The notes under the pieces are model-generated. The model did no database searches. It saw only the letters and a program-made list of their open reading frames with translations, and was not told the DNA's origin. Both the position numbers and the translations under genes were made by a program. Below are positions 52,210-61,905 of a stretch of 64,000 nucleotides of DNA, in pieces; position 1 is the stretch's first letter, and every line of letters starts with the position of its first letter. Origin of the DNA: Desulfomonilia bacterium. GTDB taxonomy: Bacteria; Desulfobacterota; Desulfomonilia; UBA1062. The stretch covers positions 736,001 to 800,000 of the forward strand of contig CAXXDQ010000007.1 of NCBI GenBank assembly GCA_963664325.2, read 5' to 3'.

Positions 52210-53493
52210 TTAGAAATAAACCCTTCCCAGCAGATACACCGACCTGGGATAAAGGCCAAATTCGGATTTGACGTTTAAGCCCTGGCTGAACATATCGAAG
52301 GAAGAGGTTTCTCCATATGGGATTGTCCCGCCGAGGATAAGCTCGGCCTCATCGCTTAAACTGTAAATAACGCCTGGGCCGAACAGGATGGAGCCGTCAT
52401 CGAGGTTTGCAATCAAAGCGCCCTGGAGAGTGAAAAGTGGAGATGGTTCGCCCTGAACGAGGATCCCGGCATAATTCATGCCCAGATACGGGTCCATGAT
52501 ATCGGGGTTGTTTAATGCGCGCTCCATATATTCATCGGGATTGGATTTTCCGTTCCCATGATAAAAATATTCAAGGATTACATGAATCGAATTCTCCCAC
52601 TTTTTGTCTACCCCGGCCGAAATCTGGAAGAAGTCGGCATGAGCATCCCCTTCGGTCGGATGGGAATAGTTGCCTTCAAGCCTCATACCCAGTCCAAGGG
52701 CTTCCGCATTCAGAGTCATCCCGACAAGCCTCCTGGTGTCGGTCTTGCCTGCAATCACAGAGACATCTATGCTTTTTACATTCATGCCGCCGCGCAGGAT
52801 TGCAGCAGATTTCTCCCATGAAGGGTTATTGCCGTCATATCCTGCAACGCCAATGGCGGAAATCACAGAAAGTTCTGTAATGTCATAATCGAAGCGCAAT
52901 GCATCAACCCCGGGTCTGAATTCACGGTCAACAGCGGTCGCGGAGAAAGGGTAGAAAACATCGTTTGGCGTGAAGAGGAAATTATTGGCAAGGCTTACAG
53001 GCTGTCTGCCAGCAGTCATATTCGATTGGGCCGTATGATATTTGACGCTCAACTGGTCAATATCGCCGCATATCAGAGAGCTGTCGGTCTGTGTTATTTC
53101 CCAGTACAGCTGAGGATAGCGGTACGGGCTGTCCTGCTGATTATTGTAATTTGAAAAGTATCTCTGTTCATTCGAGCTTGCATAGATATACCCGTTGAAA
53201 TCCAGGCGCGTATTATCATCAATTGTCGAATCGAGCAGAAGCCTCGAAGTTGCGCTGTTGAAACCCTCGGTGTCTTTGGGATAAATTATTTCCGGCTGCG
53301 GGTAATGTGTAAAACCGCTCATTAAATCAACTGCCAGCCTTCCCCTGAAATTGGAATTTTCCCCCTTGTACTCGTAAAAGGCGTGCAGCGGCCTTGAATA
53401 TGAAAAAAACAGCATGCTCACAAAAACAATGAATAGTATTTTCTTGTTTTTGTTCTGATTCCTGACTCCTGACTCCTGGCTCCTTCTTTTCAT
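52210..53493 (-). CDS. Putative outer-membrane beta-barrel protein
   Basis: Signal peptide (LHA/F), AGRQP, DREFRPGVDALR, alternating aromatic strands and C-terminal RVYF. Confidence 0.72.
   Translation of the reverse strand: MKRRSQESGVRNQNKNKKILFIVFVSMLFFSYSRPLHAFYEYKGENSNFRGRLAVDLMSGFTHYPQPEIIYPKDTEGFNSATSRLLLDSTIDDNTRLDFNGYIYASSNEQRYFSNYNNQQDSPYRYPQLYWEITQTDSSLICGDIDQLSVKYHTAQSNMTAGRQPVSLANNFLFTPNDVFYPFSATAVDREFRPGVDALRFDYDITELSVISAIGVAGYDGNNPSWEKSAAILRGGMNVKSIDVSVIAGKTDTRRLVGMTLNAEALGLGMRLEGNYSHPTEGDAHADFFQISAGVDKKWENSIHVILEYFYHGNGKSNPDEYMERALNNPDIMDPYLGMNYAGILVQGEPSPLFTLQGALIANLDDGSILFGPGVIYSLSDEAELILGGTIPYGETSSFDMFSQGLNVKSEFGLYPRSVYLLGRVYF
53453..53484. repeat. Heptanucleotide tandem repeat (TCCTGAC), about 4.5 copies
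   Basis: TTCTGAT TCCTGAC TCCTGAC TCCTGGC TCCT, inside the first codons of the barrel gene. Confidence 0.7.
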
Positions 53494-53549
53494 ATGTTTT
53501 TTCCCTTATTCATCTCAGCCTGACAGCCGTCGTCCTGTCATCCGATTTT

Positions 53550-54245
53550 CTATTCCACCCTCCTGTCCTCGGCAATTTCCCCGTCCTTCATCATGATAAG
53601 CCTGTGCGCACGTTCCATTACCCTCGGGTCATGTGTTGAGAAAATAAATGTGGAGTCGTGTTCATGATTGAGATGCTCCATCAGCACAAGCAGAGACTCG
53701 GCTGTCCTGGAATCCACATTGGCGGTAGGTTCGTCGGCCAGTATCAGCGCTGGCTCCGATACAACAGCCCGTGCTATTGCAACGCGCTGCTGCTGTCCTC
53801 CCGAAAGCTGGTTCGGCCTGCGGTTAGCCATGTCAGCCATGCCTACTTCATCGAGAATGGTCATCACCCTGTTTCTTCTTTCCTTATCCGGGATACCCTG
53901 AAGAACAAGCACAAACTCTGCGTTTTCATAAGCAGTAAGTACAGGAATAAGATTGTAGGCCTGAAATACAATTCCTATGCGGTTCATCCTCATTTTTGAA
54001 AGATCGGATTTTGACATCCGGGCTATATTCCTCCCTTCGACCTCGATCTTTCCCGAGCTCGGAGTATCGAGCGCCCCTATCAGGTTAAGGGCGGTGGTCT
54101 TGCCCGAGCCTGACGGGCCGCAAAGCGCAGCGAACTCGCCTTTGTTCACAGATAGGGATATGCCGTTAAGGGCATATGTCTCGACATCGCCTGTCTTGTA
54201 TACCTTTTTCACGTCCTGAAGCCTGACTATCTCTTCATTCATCAT
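53550..54245 (-). CDS. ABC transporter ATPase (LolD/MacB-like)
   Basis: [29 protein letters not shown] and THD. Confidence 0.95.
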   Translation of the reverse strand: MMNEEIVRLQDVKKVYKTGDVETYALNGISLSVNKGEFAALCGPSGSGKTTALNLIGALDTPSSGKIEVEGRNIARMSKSDLSKMRMNRIGIVFQAYNLIPVLTAYENAEFVLVLQGIPDKERRNRVMTILDEVGMADMANRRPNQLSGGQQQRVAIARAVVSEPALILADEPTANVDSRTAESLLVLMEHLNHEHDSTFIFSTHDPRVMERAHRLIMMKDGEIAEDRRVE

Positions 54246-54255
54246 ATCTCCACCT

Positions 54256-55488
54256 TTAAATAATCTTTATGGTATCCACTGGGTTCGTCTTGGCCGCCAG
54301 GTATGCGGGATACAAGCCTGTTGTCATGATAAGGATCAATATCGCACCGATTATATTCCTGAGATGTCTGGGAAGGATGGCCGCCTTTACAAGCGGTTCG
54401 AAAAGAACGCCTCCGACAGTGTTGTCTCCTGCTGTAAGGAAGGATGAGAAGTCTATTCCGTAAACATGTATATACCAGTAAACCGGGGCGGTAAGGATAA
54501 AACCAGCAATCAATCCCACGACTGCAAGCCAGAACGCCTCGGCCATGATAAGGCTTATGATCTTCCCGGGCGTCATGCCCATTGATATCATTATTCCGAA
54601 TTCGCGCATCCTTTCCGTTACCCCCATCAGTATCGTATTAAGAATCCCTGCTGCAATCACAAGAAAAATGAATACCTGGAAAATTATCGATGAGGTCATG
54701 TCCATAGTCATGTAACCGAAGAAATCAGGCATGAGTACGGACCACGGCAGTGAAACCCCGCCGTAGTTTTTTGATATCTTCATCATTTTTTCAGCGATTT
54801 TTTCCGAATCCCACCTTTGCTTGATGAATACTGCGACATGGCTTGATTCCCCCGGGTTATAACCGATTTGTGAACGCACATAACCAATCGGCATGATAAC
54901 AAGATTGTTATCGGCCTCACTGACGCTTGTTGTAAAAATTCCCGAAACCTTTACCAGAAAGTTGACAACCTGGCCATGCCTGTCCGTGGTTGTGATAACC
55001 AGTTTCTTTCCGGGCCTTAAATCGAGCTGTTTGGCCATTAAAGACCCTATAAGGGCGTAGGCGCCGTCTTCGGGGAGTTTGGAGCCTGCTTTTATATGCT
55101 TGAAGAAATACATGGTGTCGTTTTCTTTAAGCGGATCTATTGCAATAAAGCCCATGCCGGTTGAATCAATGGCCGTCGCAGCCATTCCCTGTCCTACGAT
55201 CCTTTCACGGCAGGCCGTTACCCCTTTGAAAGAAGTAAGTTTCCTCATAAGCTCGCCGGTATTTGATATGACTTTGTCGGTTCCGGGATGATCCCTGTAA
55301 TCGGCCGGTTCAACCGTAATGTGCCCTGATGCCATGTCCGCGGCAATATCGATCATCCTTCCGTATGAGCCATCGGAAAGGCTTGTAAAGACGATTGTAA
55401 GCAGAATCCCGAATGCAATCGAAGTGGCGGTGATTACGGTTCTGCGTTTGTTGCGCCACAGGTTTCTCCAGGCGAGTTTTAAAATCAT
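54256..55488 (-). CDS. FtsX/LolE-like ABC permease
   Basis: LAWRNLWRNKRRT and ILNTILMGVTERMREFG; 4-TM topology. Confidence 0.92.
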   Translation of the reverse strand: MILKLAWRNLWRNKRRTVITATSIAFGILLTIVFTSLSDGSYGRMIDIAADMASGHITVEPADYRDHPGTDKVISNTGELMRKLTSFKGVTACRERIVGQGMAATAIDSTGMGFIAIDPLKENDTMYFFKHIKAGSKLPEDGAYALIGSLMAKQLDLRPGKKLVITTTDRHGQVVNFLVKVSGIFTTSVSEADNNLVIMPIGYVRSQIGYNPGESSHVAVFIKQRWDSEKIAEKMMKISKNYGGVSLPWSVLMPDFFGYMTMDMTSSIIFQVFIFLVIAAGILNTILMGVTERMREFGIMISMGMTPGKIISLIMAEAFWLAVVGLIAGFILTAPVYWYIHVYGIDFSSFLTAGDNTVGGVLFEPLVKAAILPRHLRNIIGAILILIMTTGLYPAYLAAKTNPVDTIKII

Positions 55489-55498
55489 TGCCTTTTCC

Positions 55499-56725
55499 TC
55501 ATGTGTAGTGGATGGCCGTGACCGGATCAAGCCTTGCAGCCCTCACTGCCGGTATAGTACCGGCTGACAGCGAAAATACGAATAAGGCTGCGAGCGGTGT
55601 CAGGATATCAAAGGCCGACAGGTAGGAAAAGAGGGCTATATTTACTGCTACCCCTGATATAGTTCCCCCTTCGACCAGTGCGGAGAGGTCAATGCCGTAT
55701 GTCTGGAGGCTTATTGCCAGAGGTATTCCGAACGCCATGCCGATAACGGCTGCCGCCGTTGTCTGGACAAGTATTTCCATGATCACCATATTAAAAATAT
55801 CAAACGGTGTCACGCCCAGAGCCTTCATCATGCCGTATTCGCGGATACGTTCAAAAACAGCCATAAGCATTGCATTGAGTATTACAATGGAAATCGCTAT
55901 GAAGGTAATAACTATCAAAAAGACCATGACGACCTGAAACAGATTGATGATGTTTGCCAGCGCCGGGTTAAGAATCTGCCATGACCTGATGTCCTGGCCC
56001 CTGCATATTTTTTTCACAATGTCTATTGCGGAATCCAGATCATATCCCGGAGGTATCATGACGGCAATTTCATGTGCCCCCTCCGGTATTACCATAAGGT
56101 TCCGGAACGTGATTATCGGCATGATAAATCCGGCCCGGTCGGTTATTTCATTGACCGATTTGAGAATGCCTCTTACCCTGAACAGATCATTTGCAATTGA
56201 TCCGTCAGCCGCCTGTGAGACTATGACGATTTCATCACCGATCTTTGCAGACAGGTTGTTTGCAAGCCTTTTACCGATTACAACCCCTTTGGGATCAGTA
56301 CTGTCCAGCCATTTTCCTTCCATCAGCTGCCGCGGCATTATAAACGCCCAGTTTTCGGCAGCCGGGTCCACCCCTTCTATCAGGACACCGGCGGAGGATT
56401 CATCTTTTGCAGCAAGACCGCTTGAAAACAGCCTCGACACTGCCCTGAACCCATGAGAATCAATGGCCCTGACATAATCATCAGGGTCACTCATTATCTT
56501 GTAAACAGACCTTGTTTCAAGGTATTTCGGGGCATGCACCTGAATACTTCCCATCTGCATGGAAACGGCATTATCGGCAATGCTTCTGTTAAAGCCGTCC
56601 ATAAGGCTGAGGTAAATGATCATAACTCCCAGCGCAAAAGCCATTGCCAGCGTGGTTATGGCGCTCCTGCGTTTTGCCCTGAGGACATTCCTCAGTGAAA
56701 GCTTAAATATGCTTCCCGGCTTCAA
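55499..56725 (-). CDS. FtsX/LolE-like ABC permease
   Basis: LSLRNVLRAKRRS, LMAVFERIREYG and PAVRAARLDP. Confidence 0.92.
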   Translation of the reverse strand: MKPGSIFKLSLRNVLRAKRRSAITTLAMAFALGVMIIYLSLMDGFNRSIADNAVSMQMGSIQVHAPKYLETRSVYKIMSDPDDYVRAIDSHGFRAVSRLFSSGLAAKDESSAGVLIEGVDPAAENWAFIMPRQLMEGKWLDSTDPKGVVIGKRLANNLSAKIGDEIVIVSQAADGSIANDLFRVRGILKSVNEITDRAGFIMPIITFRNLMVIPEGAHEIAVMIPPGYDLDSAIDIVKKICRGQDIRSWQILNPALANIINLFQVVMVFLIVITFIAISIVILNAMLMAVFERIREYGMMKALGVTPFDIFNMVIMEILVQTTAAAVIGMAFGIPLAISLQTYGIDLSALVEGGTISGVAVNIALFSYLSAFDILTPLAALFVFSLSAGTIPAVRAARLDPVTAIHYT

Positions 56726-56727
56726 TC

Positions 56728-57477
56728 CTACCTCCTCAGTTCAGCTAACGAAAAAAATCCTTTTTTAAATTTTACACCGAAAGTCAACTCGTCATAAATG
56801 ACTTCGGTATATTCACCGGGTTTATCCAGGGGAGTCATTGTAAGCCTTGTCGGTAAGAGCCTTCCCGATATGGTCTTGTAGTCTGAACACGTCAGAATTC
56901 TCACTACATTTCCATCTTCGTCGTAATATGTATTTTTTATTGGCTGCCAGTCCGAGGCGCGAACTGCAGCAATAATCTTGCCCCACACAACCGGAGCATT
57001 GGGTTTGGGAGTAAGCGTTATTTCGACAACATCCTGGGAGTCGCGTTTACCCTGAAAGGTGATCTTGAAATTATAATCTTCTGCAAGCCTGCTTTCTTTC
57101 ACAAGATCGTCATTATTGAAGTGGCTGCCCATCCATGAGCCCATCATCATGGCCGCAGTCAGTTTTATCGTCCTGTCTGTCTTGGGAAGGTAATTATATA
57201 TCTCGTCAAAAATTTTCAGCGTGGCCGTTCCCTGCTCCTTCAAAGGCTGAAGCAGCTTTACAAGTGAATAATCTTTTCCCTGAGAGTAAACGTCCATTGT
57301 CAGAGACCGTTTCCAGTTTGCCGTTTTGACATTCATGGTTATTTTCCCCTTAGATGAAGTTCCGCGCCAGAGGTCGTCCTGTTTGGCTAGTATTTCACGG
57401 GCATCAGGGGCCTTTGCCCCCATGACAACCGGCAGAAGTACTGCTGTAACAAGCAGAGCCAGCCTTCCGATCTTCAT
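56728..57477 (-). CDS. LolA-like outer-membrane lipoprotein-sorting protein (TP0789/DUF1329-like)
   Basis: Signal peptide, P.KEQGTATL, YLP, SWMGSHFNNDD and terminal FS..ELRR. Confidence 0.85.
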   Translation of the reverse strand: MKIGRLALLVTAVLLPVVMGAKAPDAREILAKQDDLWRGTSSKGKITMNVKTANWKRSLTMDVYSQGKDYSLVKLLQPLKEQGTATLKIFDEIYNYLPKTDRTIKLTAAMMMGSWMGSHFNNDDLVKESRLAEDYNFKITFQGKRDSQDVVEITLTPKPNAPVVWGKIIAAVRASDWQPIKNTYYDEDGNVVRILTCSDYKTISGRLLPTRLTMTPLDKPGEYTEVIYDELTFGVKFKKGFFSLAELRR

Positions 57478-57735
57478 ATCCCCTCCCGTTGAAGGTAACC
57501 CTTATTTGATAATCGATAAAATATCTTTTTTTATGAAGATTTGCCAATTTTAAAATTTTAGCCCCACCCAATTTCTTTTCATTCTGCATGAGGCTTCCCA
57601 TAGGATCTGTTGGAACGTCTACCCTATGGTTCTTCCCCGGCTGATCATTTCAGTTCGGAAAGCTCTTGTGGATCCCGTTGATATTTCTTCAGGCTGTTAC
57701 TTGTTTAATTATTAACAGGGATATTATTCCTTTTA

Positions 57736-59955
57736 CTATTTTGCGCACTGTTTATCATCGATTATCTTTTTCAGCATGCCGGCAAGGTTATCGATCCTGT
57801 ATGGTTTCTGGATAAAACCTGAAAGGCCTTTTTCCGGAAAACGCCGTAATACATCCTGTTCGTTGAAACCGCTGCTGATAATGACACTCACGTCAGGTTT
57901 GAGCATGAGCATTTCACGATAGGCCTCATCACCGCCCATATGCGGCATTGTAAGGTCAAGAATAACACAGATAATTTTATCCCTGTTCGCACTGAACACC
58001 TTAAGGGCTTCCTTCCCGTCTGCGGCAAGGATAACATCAAATCCCATATCCTCAAGTATCTGATGGCCCAGAGATCTTATAGGTTCCTCGTCATCAACAA
58101 GCAGCACGGTGCCGCTTGCTTTCCAGAGACTCTCCTGTTTCCCCTTTTCTTCGGATATAAAATCCGCAGGTCTTGCAGTGACAGGCAACAGGACCTTGAA
58201 GACTGTCCCCCTGCCCGGCTCGCTTGATATCATCAGCCCTCCCCTGTGGCTTTTAACAATACCCTGCACTGCAGAAAGTCCGAGCCCCCTGCCTATGAAC
58301 TTTGTAGAAAAAAACGGATCAAATATCTTTGACAAAGTCTCACGGTCCATACCACAACCTGTGTCTTCAACCTGCAGATACACATAATGTCCAGCCGAGA
58401 TATCATCCTGCATTTTATTTTCAATCAGGAACCTGCTGTCGCATTCCTGAATACCTGTGGATAAATTAATAACACCGCTTCTGTCTCCTAATGCTTCGGA
58501 CGCATTTATTACCAGGTTCATTATGATCTGTTGCATCTGTGCCGAATCAACCTCTATTGAAGGCAGCCCTTTCGCCAGGTTATAATTCAATACGGCCTTT
58601 TTGGAGATCGACACATCGAGCATGTTGGCCATTTCCCGTACCATTTCCGAAAGGTCAACCGGCCTGATCACAAACAGGCCTTTACCCGAATATGCCAGCA
58701 TCTGCCTGCAGATTTCGGCCGCCCTTAATGAAGCTCTGTTTATGTTTTCCAGTCTCTGCTTTGCAGGAGATTCCTCAGCGACGTCCTTCAGGGCAAGTTC
58801 AGAATTACCCAGGATAACCATGAGGATATTGTTGAAGTCATGTGCGATGCCGCCTGCAAGTATACCTATGGATTCCAGCTTCTGTGAATGATGAAGCTGT
58901 ATTTCAAACTTTTTCTGCTCTTCTTCAGCCCTTTTCAGTTCGGTAATATCTGCAATGCTGGAAAGGATATTCCGTTGGTCATTAATTGTTATGACTTCAG
59001 CAGAAAACAAGCCAGTGATTGTCTCACCCGATTCCTTGTGAAATAGAAATTCTTTTCCTCTTAAACTCTTGTTTTTGAGGAGTTCCTTGAGAACATAGGC
59101 GCGATCACTTTCATTAACCCAGAGTTTAAGCTCCAAGGTTGTCTTTCCGATAGCCTTATCACGGCTGAACCCTGTGATCTGCAGAAATCCTTCATTGACG
59201 TCGAGGATACGTCCATTGACAAAGTCTGTAAGCGTTAGGGCATAGGGAGCGGACCTGAATGAGGTCTCGAATTTTGCCTCGGCCTCTTGAAGTTCATTTT
59301 GCGTACGCTGAGAATTAACAAATAAAAGGCTTATTCCAAGTCCGATGTTAAAGACCGGGGTAATAAAGAATAAAAGGATATTGAAGAAAACAGGGTCAAG
59401 CATGCTGTATTGAGGCATTAATAACCAGAATGCGGACCGGAACATGATTACCAGTCCCCATGCAATATTGATCAAGGCTACAGAATAATACAGTTTGTTC
59501 GTTTTCCTGGCTTTACCCAAAAATACGGCTGCCGTGAAAATAAAGACGGATAACATGGCTATGGAAAAAATAAAATTTCTTAACGCCACAGCATCTTTAA
59601 CGACCAGATAATAGCTCATTATTGCCAGTGTAATAACAGGCAGCAGGTAAAAAGGCTTCCAGAGTTTCCTTCCGAGAACAAATCTGAAAGTGCCGTCAAG
59701 CCTTACGACAATGGCAAGAATGAGCAGGAAATTCTGCAGGAAAAAAAATATGAAAGAAAACAGAGCGCTTGACATTACGGCAGTAATTCCCCTAGCCGCC
59801 ATCGAGACATAGGCAATAAAGATAATCAGTGCCCCTGCCTTCCAGTAACAGAATCCGTCATAGGTCTTCTGGGTCTGTCCATAGAATATGAACATCATCC
59901 ATATGCTGAAGCTCACAACCGCTTCACTCATAACAAGGGTGTTAATATCAACCAT
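57736..59955 (-). CDS. Membrane hybrid sensor histidine kinase (multi-TM, PAS, HisKA, HATPase, REC)
   Basis: QKLESIGILAGGIAHDFNN, NLVINA, DTGCG, FDPFFSTK..GRGLGL and LLVDDE..DLTMP..KP. Start moved to MVDINTL. Confidence 0.95.
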   Translation of the reverse strand: MVDINTLVMSEAVVSFSIWMMFIFYGQTQKTYDGFCYWKAGALIIFIAYVSMAARGITAVMSSALFSFIFFFLQNFLLILAIVVRLDGTFRFVLGRKLWKPFYLLPVITLAIMSYYLVVKDAVALRNFIFSIAMLSVFIFTAAVFLGKARKTNKLYYSVALINIAWGLVIMFRSAFWLLMPQYSMLDPVFFNILLFFITPVFNIGLGISLLFVNSQRTQNELQEAEAKFETSFRSAPYALTLTDFVNGRILDVNEGFLQITGFSRDKAIGKTTLELKLWVNESDRAYVLKELLKNKSLRGKEFLFHKESGETITGLFSAEVITINDQRNILSSIADITELKRAEEEQKKFEIQLHHSQKLESIGILAGGIAHDFNNILMVILGNSELALKDVAEESPAKQRLENINRASLRAAEICRQMLAYSGKGLFVIRPVDLSEMVREMANMLDVSISKKAVLNYNLAKGLPSIEVDSAQMQQIIMNLVINASEALGDRSGVINLSTGIQECDSRFLIENKMQDDISAGHYVYLQVEDTGCGMDRETLSKIFDPFFSTKFIGRGLGLSAVQGIVKSHRGGLMISSEPGRGTVFKVLLPVTARPADFISEEKGKQESLWKASGTVLLVDDEEPIRSLGHQILEDMGFDVILAADGKEALKVFSANRDKIICVILDLTMPHMGGDEAYREMLMLKPDVSVIISSGFNEQDVLRRFPEKGLSGFIQKPYRIDNLAGMLKKIIDDKQCAK

Positions 59956-60063
59956 AAAAATTTCATCTCCTGTATGATGAATGTCCCGTATTCCCAAACC
60001 AAAGGCTTTTTACGTCTGTCCGAGTCCCGGTAAAACTGAGCCTGTCTGATTCTTTCCTTAATA

Positions 60064-60091
60064 ATATCGGCTTACAAAGCCAAAATATTTA
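60064..60091 (-). promoter_or_regulatory. Sigma28/FliA-type promoter upstream of the hybrid kinase
   Basis: Minus strand TAAA-N16-GCCGATAT. Confidence 0.55.
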
Positions 60092-60160
60092 AAATATTTT
60101 CCTTTTTATGAGGGCCGCGGTTTTATTCCGACTAATGATTCCTGTCCTACGGGTGCCTTA

Positions 60161-60772
60161 TCATATTGATTTCACTGTCCACAAAGCCGTTACGATTACT
60201 GCCAGAACAGGAAATATCACATAGAATATGCCTTTGGGCTTGGGGATTGGAATTTTCAAAACGAAAAAGAAGGCAGCAAGCACATAAGCGATGCGTATGC
60301 ACAAGGTATAAACCGGCCCGGCCGTAACAAATTCAAGCAGGTAAACGAGCGGAAATATCAATGCTGAAAATGTGACGGGCAGGCCCGTATAGAACTTGAC
60401 CGGCCCCTCACCAGTGAGACCTGTAACATTGAAATAAGCCAGCCTCATGGAGGCGGCGCAGCAATAAACAGTCAGTATTATATAATCCACAGGTGCATTG
60501 AAACCCGAGTGCAGTGCAATCATTGCAGGAGCCGCCCCGAAATTGACAGCATCATTGATTGAATCGATCTGGACGCCAAATGCCTTCTCCTCCTCGCTTA
60601 AGTCGAATTTGCGGGCAACAAATCCATCGAACAGATCGAATATGCCGGCCCATATCAGGCACACCATTGCATACCCGGTATATCCGTTAAAAGAGAACAT
60701 GCACGAGGCCATCCCTAAAACCAGCGCTATAAACGTAAGGACCGTCGGGAGGTTATAGAATCCTACCAGCAT
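60161..60772 (-). CDS. CDP-alcohol phosphatidyltransferase (PssA-like)
   Basis: DLFDGFVAR..FGVQIDSIND, RLAYFN and YTGLP. Confidence 0.9.
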   Translation of the reverse strand: MLVGFYNLPTVLTFIALVLGMASCMFSFNGYTGYAMVCLIWAGIFDLFDGFVARKFDLSEEEKAFGVQIDSINDAVNFGAAPAMIALHSGFNAPVDYIILTVYCCAASMRLAYFNVTGLTGEGPVKFYTGLPVTFSALIFPLVYLLEFVTAGPVYTLCIRIAYVLAAFFFVLKIPIPKPKGIFYVIFPVLAVIVTALWTVKSI

Positions 60773-60879
60773 AATTCACTCCTTATAATACGTCTGTCTT
60801 TGGCAGATATTAAAGGTATCGGATTATTCAACGCTAAAGTTGACTGCTACTGGGAAATCATAAAAAGATCGTATAAGGA

Positions 60880-61905
60880 TCAAATAATACCATATTCGGA
60901 GAGTTCGCTTTTAAGGTAGGCATAATAAATCGGCGCGGCAACAACCCCGGAAATCCCGAAAGCGGCTTCCATGACTATCATGGTGACAAGAAGTTCCCAT
61001 GCCCTTGAATTGATCTGGGTACCCACTATCCTGGCATTCAGAAAATACTCCAGCTTGTGGATGACGATCAGGAATACGAGTGAAGATATGGCGACTCCGA
61101 GCGATATGCTCATGCTGACTATTACAATGACGGTGTTTGATATGAGATTGCCTATGATCGGGATAAGACCGACGACAAAGGTCAGGGCGACAAGAGTTTT
61201 GGCAAATGGCAGGTGAATACCGATAACAGGCAATGCAACCCCAATATACAGCCATGTGAAGAATGAGTTCAATGCGGAGATCCTCACCTGCGCAAAAACA
61301 ATGCGCCTGAAGGCAAGATGAAACATGTAAACCCTCCTGCGCAATGCCCCTGTAAAGGGTTTGCCTGACGGGCCGGGTGATACTTCGCTAAGGGACACTA
61401 TGCCACCTATTATCATGCCTATCAGGACCATGGCTGCTCCCCGGGCTGCCTGTTTTCCAGCCATCGGCAGTTCATACGCATGTTCGTTAAGCCATGTGAT
61501 TGCAGACTGTTTCATGCTCTCGGCATCCTGCGGGATATATTTCATAAGCCAGTCTGGGATAAGTCTGTGTGGTCCGCCGATAATTTCGGCCATTTTTCTG
61601 AACAGCTCAGAGACATTGCCTGATCCGCTTCTCAGAAACGAGATTGCACCCCATGAAACAGCAATAAGAATTGCAATTACAATGATCGATAATAACGCTA
61701 CAACCATGACCCTTGCTCGCCCGCCGCTGAGATGCCTGCTCGTTACATAGGGAGAGAGACTGTGTACGATTTCATAAACCAGGAAACCTGCGATAAGGGC
61801 CCCTAGCAGATGCAGTCTCAGCACAAAGAACAGCATCAGGCCAGCCAGAATCCAGGCTGTTATGTCATAACCTGTGGGACGTCCGCTTTTTACGATATCG
61901 GTCAT
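60880..61905 (-). CDS. AI-2E family transporter
   Basis: Multi-TM, AQVRIS, LIPIIGNLISN, HKLEYFLN and EAAFG..G.VAAP. Confidence 0.88.
   Translation of the reverse strand: MTDIVKSGRPTGYDITAWILAGLMLFFVLRLHLLGALIAGFLVYEIVHSLSPYVTSRHLSGGRARVMVVALLSIIVIAILIAVSWGAISFLRSGSGNVSELFRKMAEIIGGPHRLIPDWLMKYIPQDAESMKQSAITWLNEHAYELPMAGKQAARGAAMVLIGMIIGGIVSLSEVSPGPSGKPFTGALRRRVYMFHLAFRRIVFAQVRISALNSFFTWLYIGVALPVIGIHLPFAKTLVALTFVVGLIPIIGNLISNTVIVIVSMSISLGVAISSLVFLIVIHKLEYFLNARIVGTQINSRAWELLVTMIVMEAAFGISGVVAAPIYYAYLKSELSEYGII

Noticed and set aside
57598-57675. Tandem hairpins (CCATAGG/CCTATGG; TTCC..GCTGA/TCAGT..GGAA) as a riboswitch for the Lol-like cassette
   Set aside because: No conserved nucleotides of any riboswitch class I know, and the stems are short enough to be chance.
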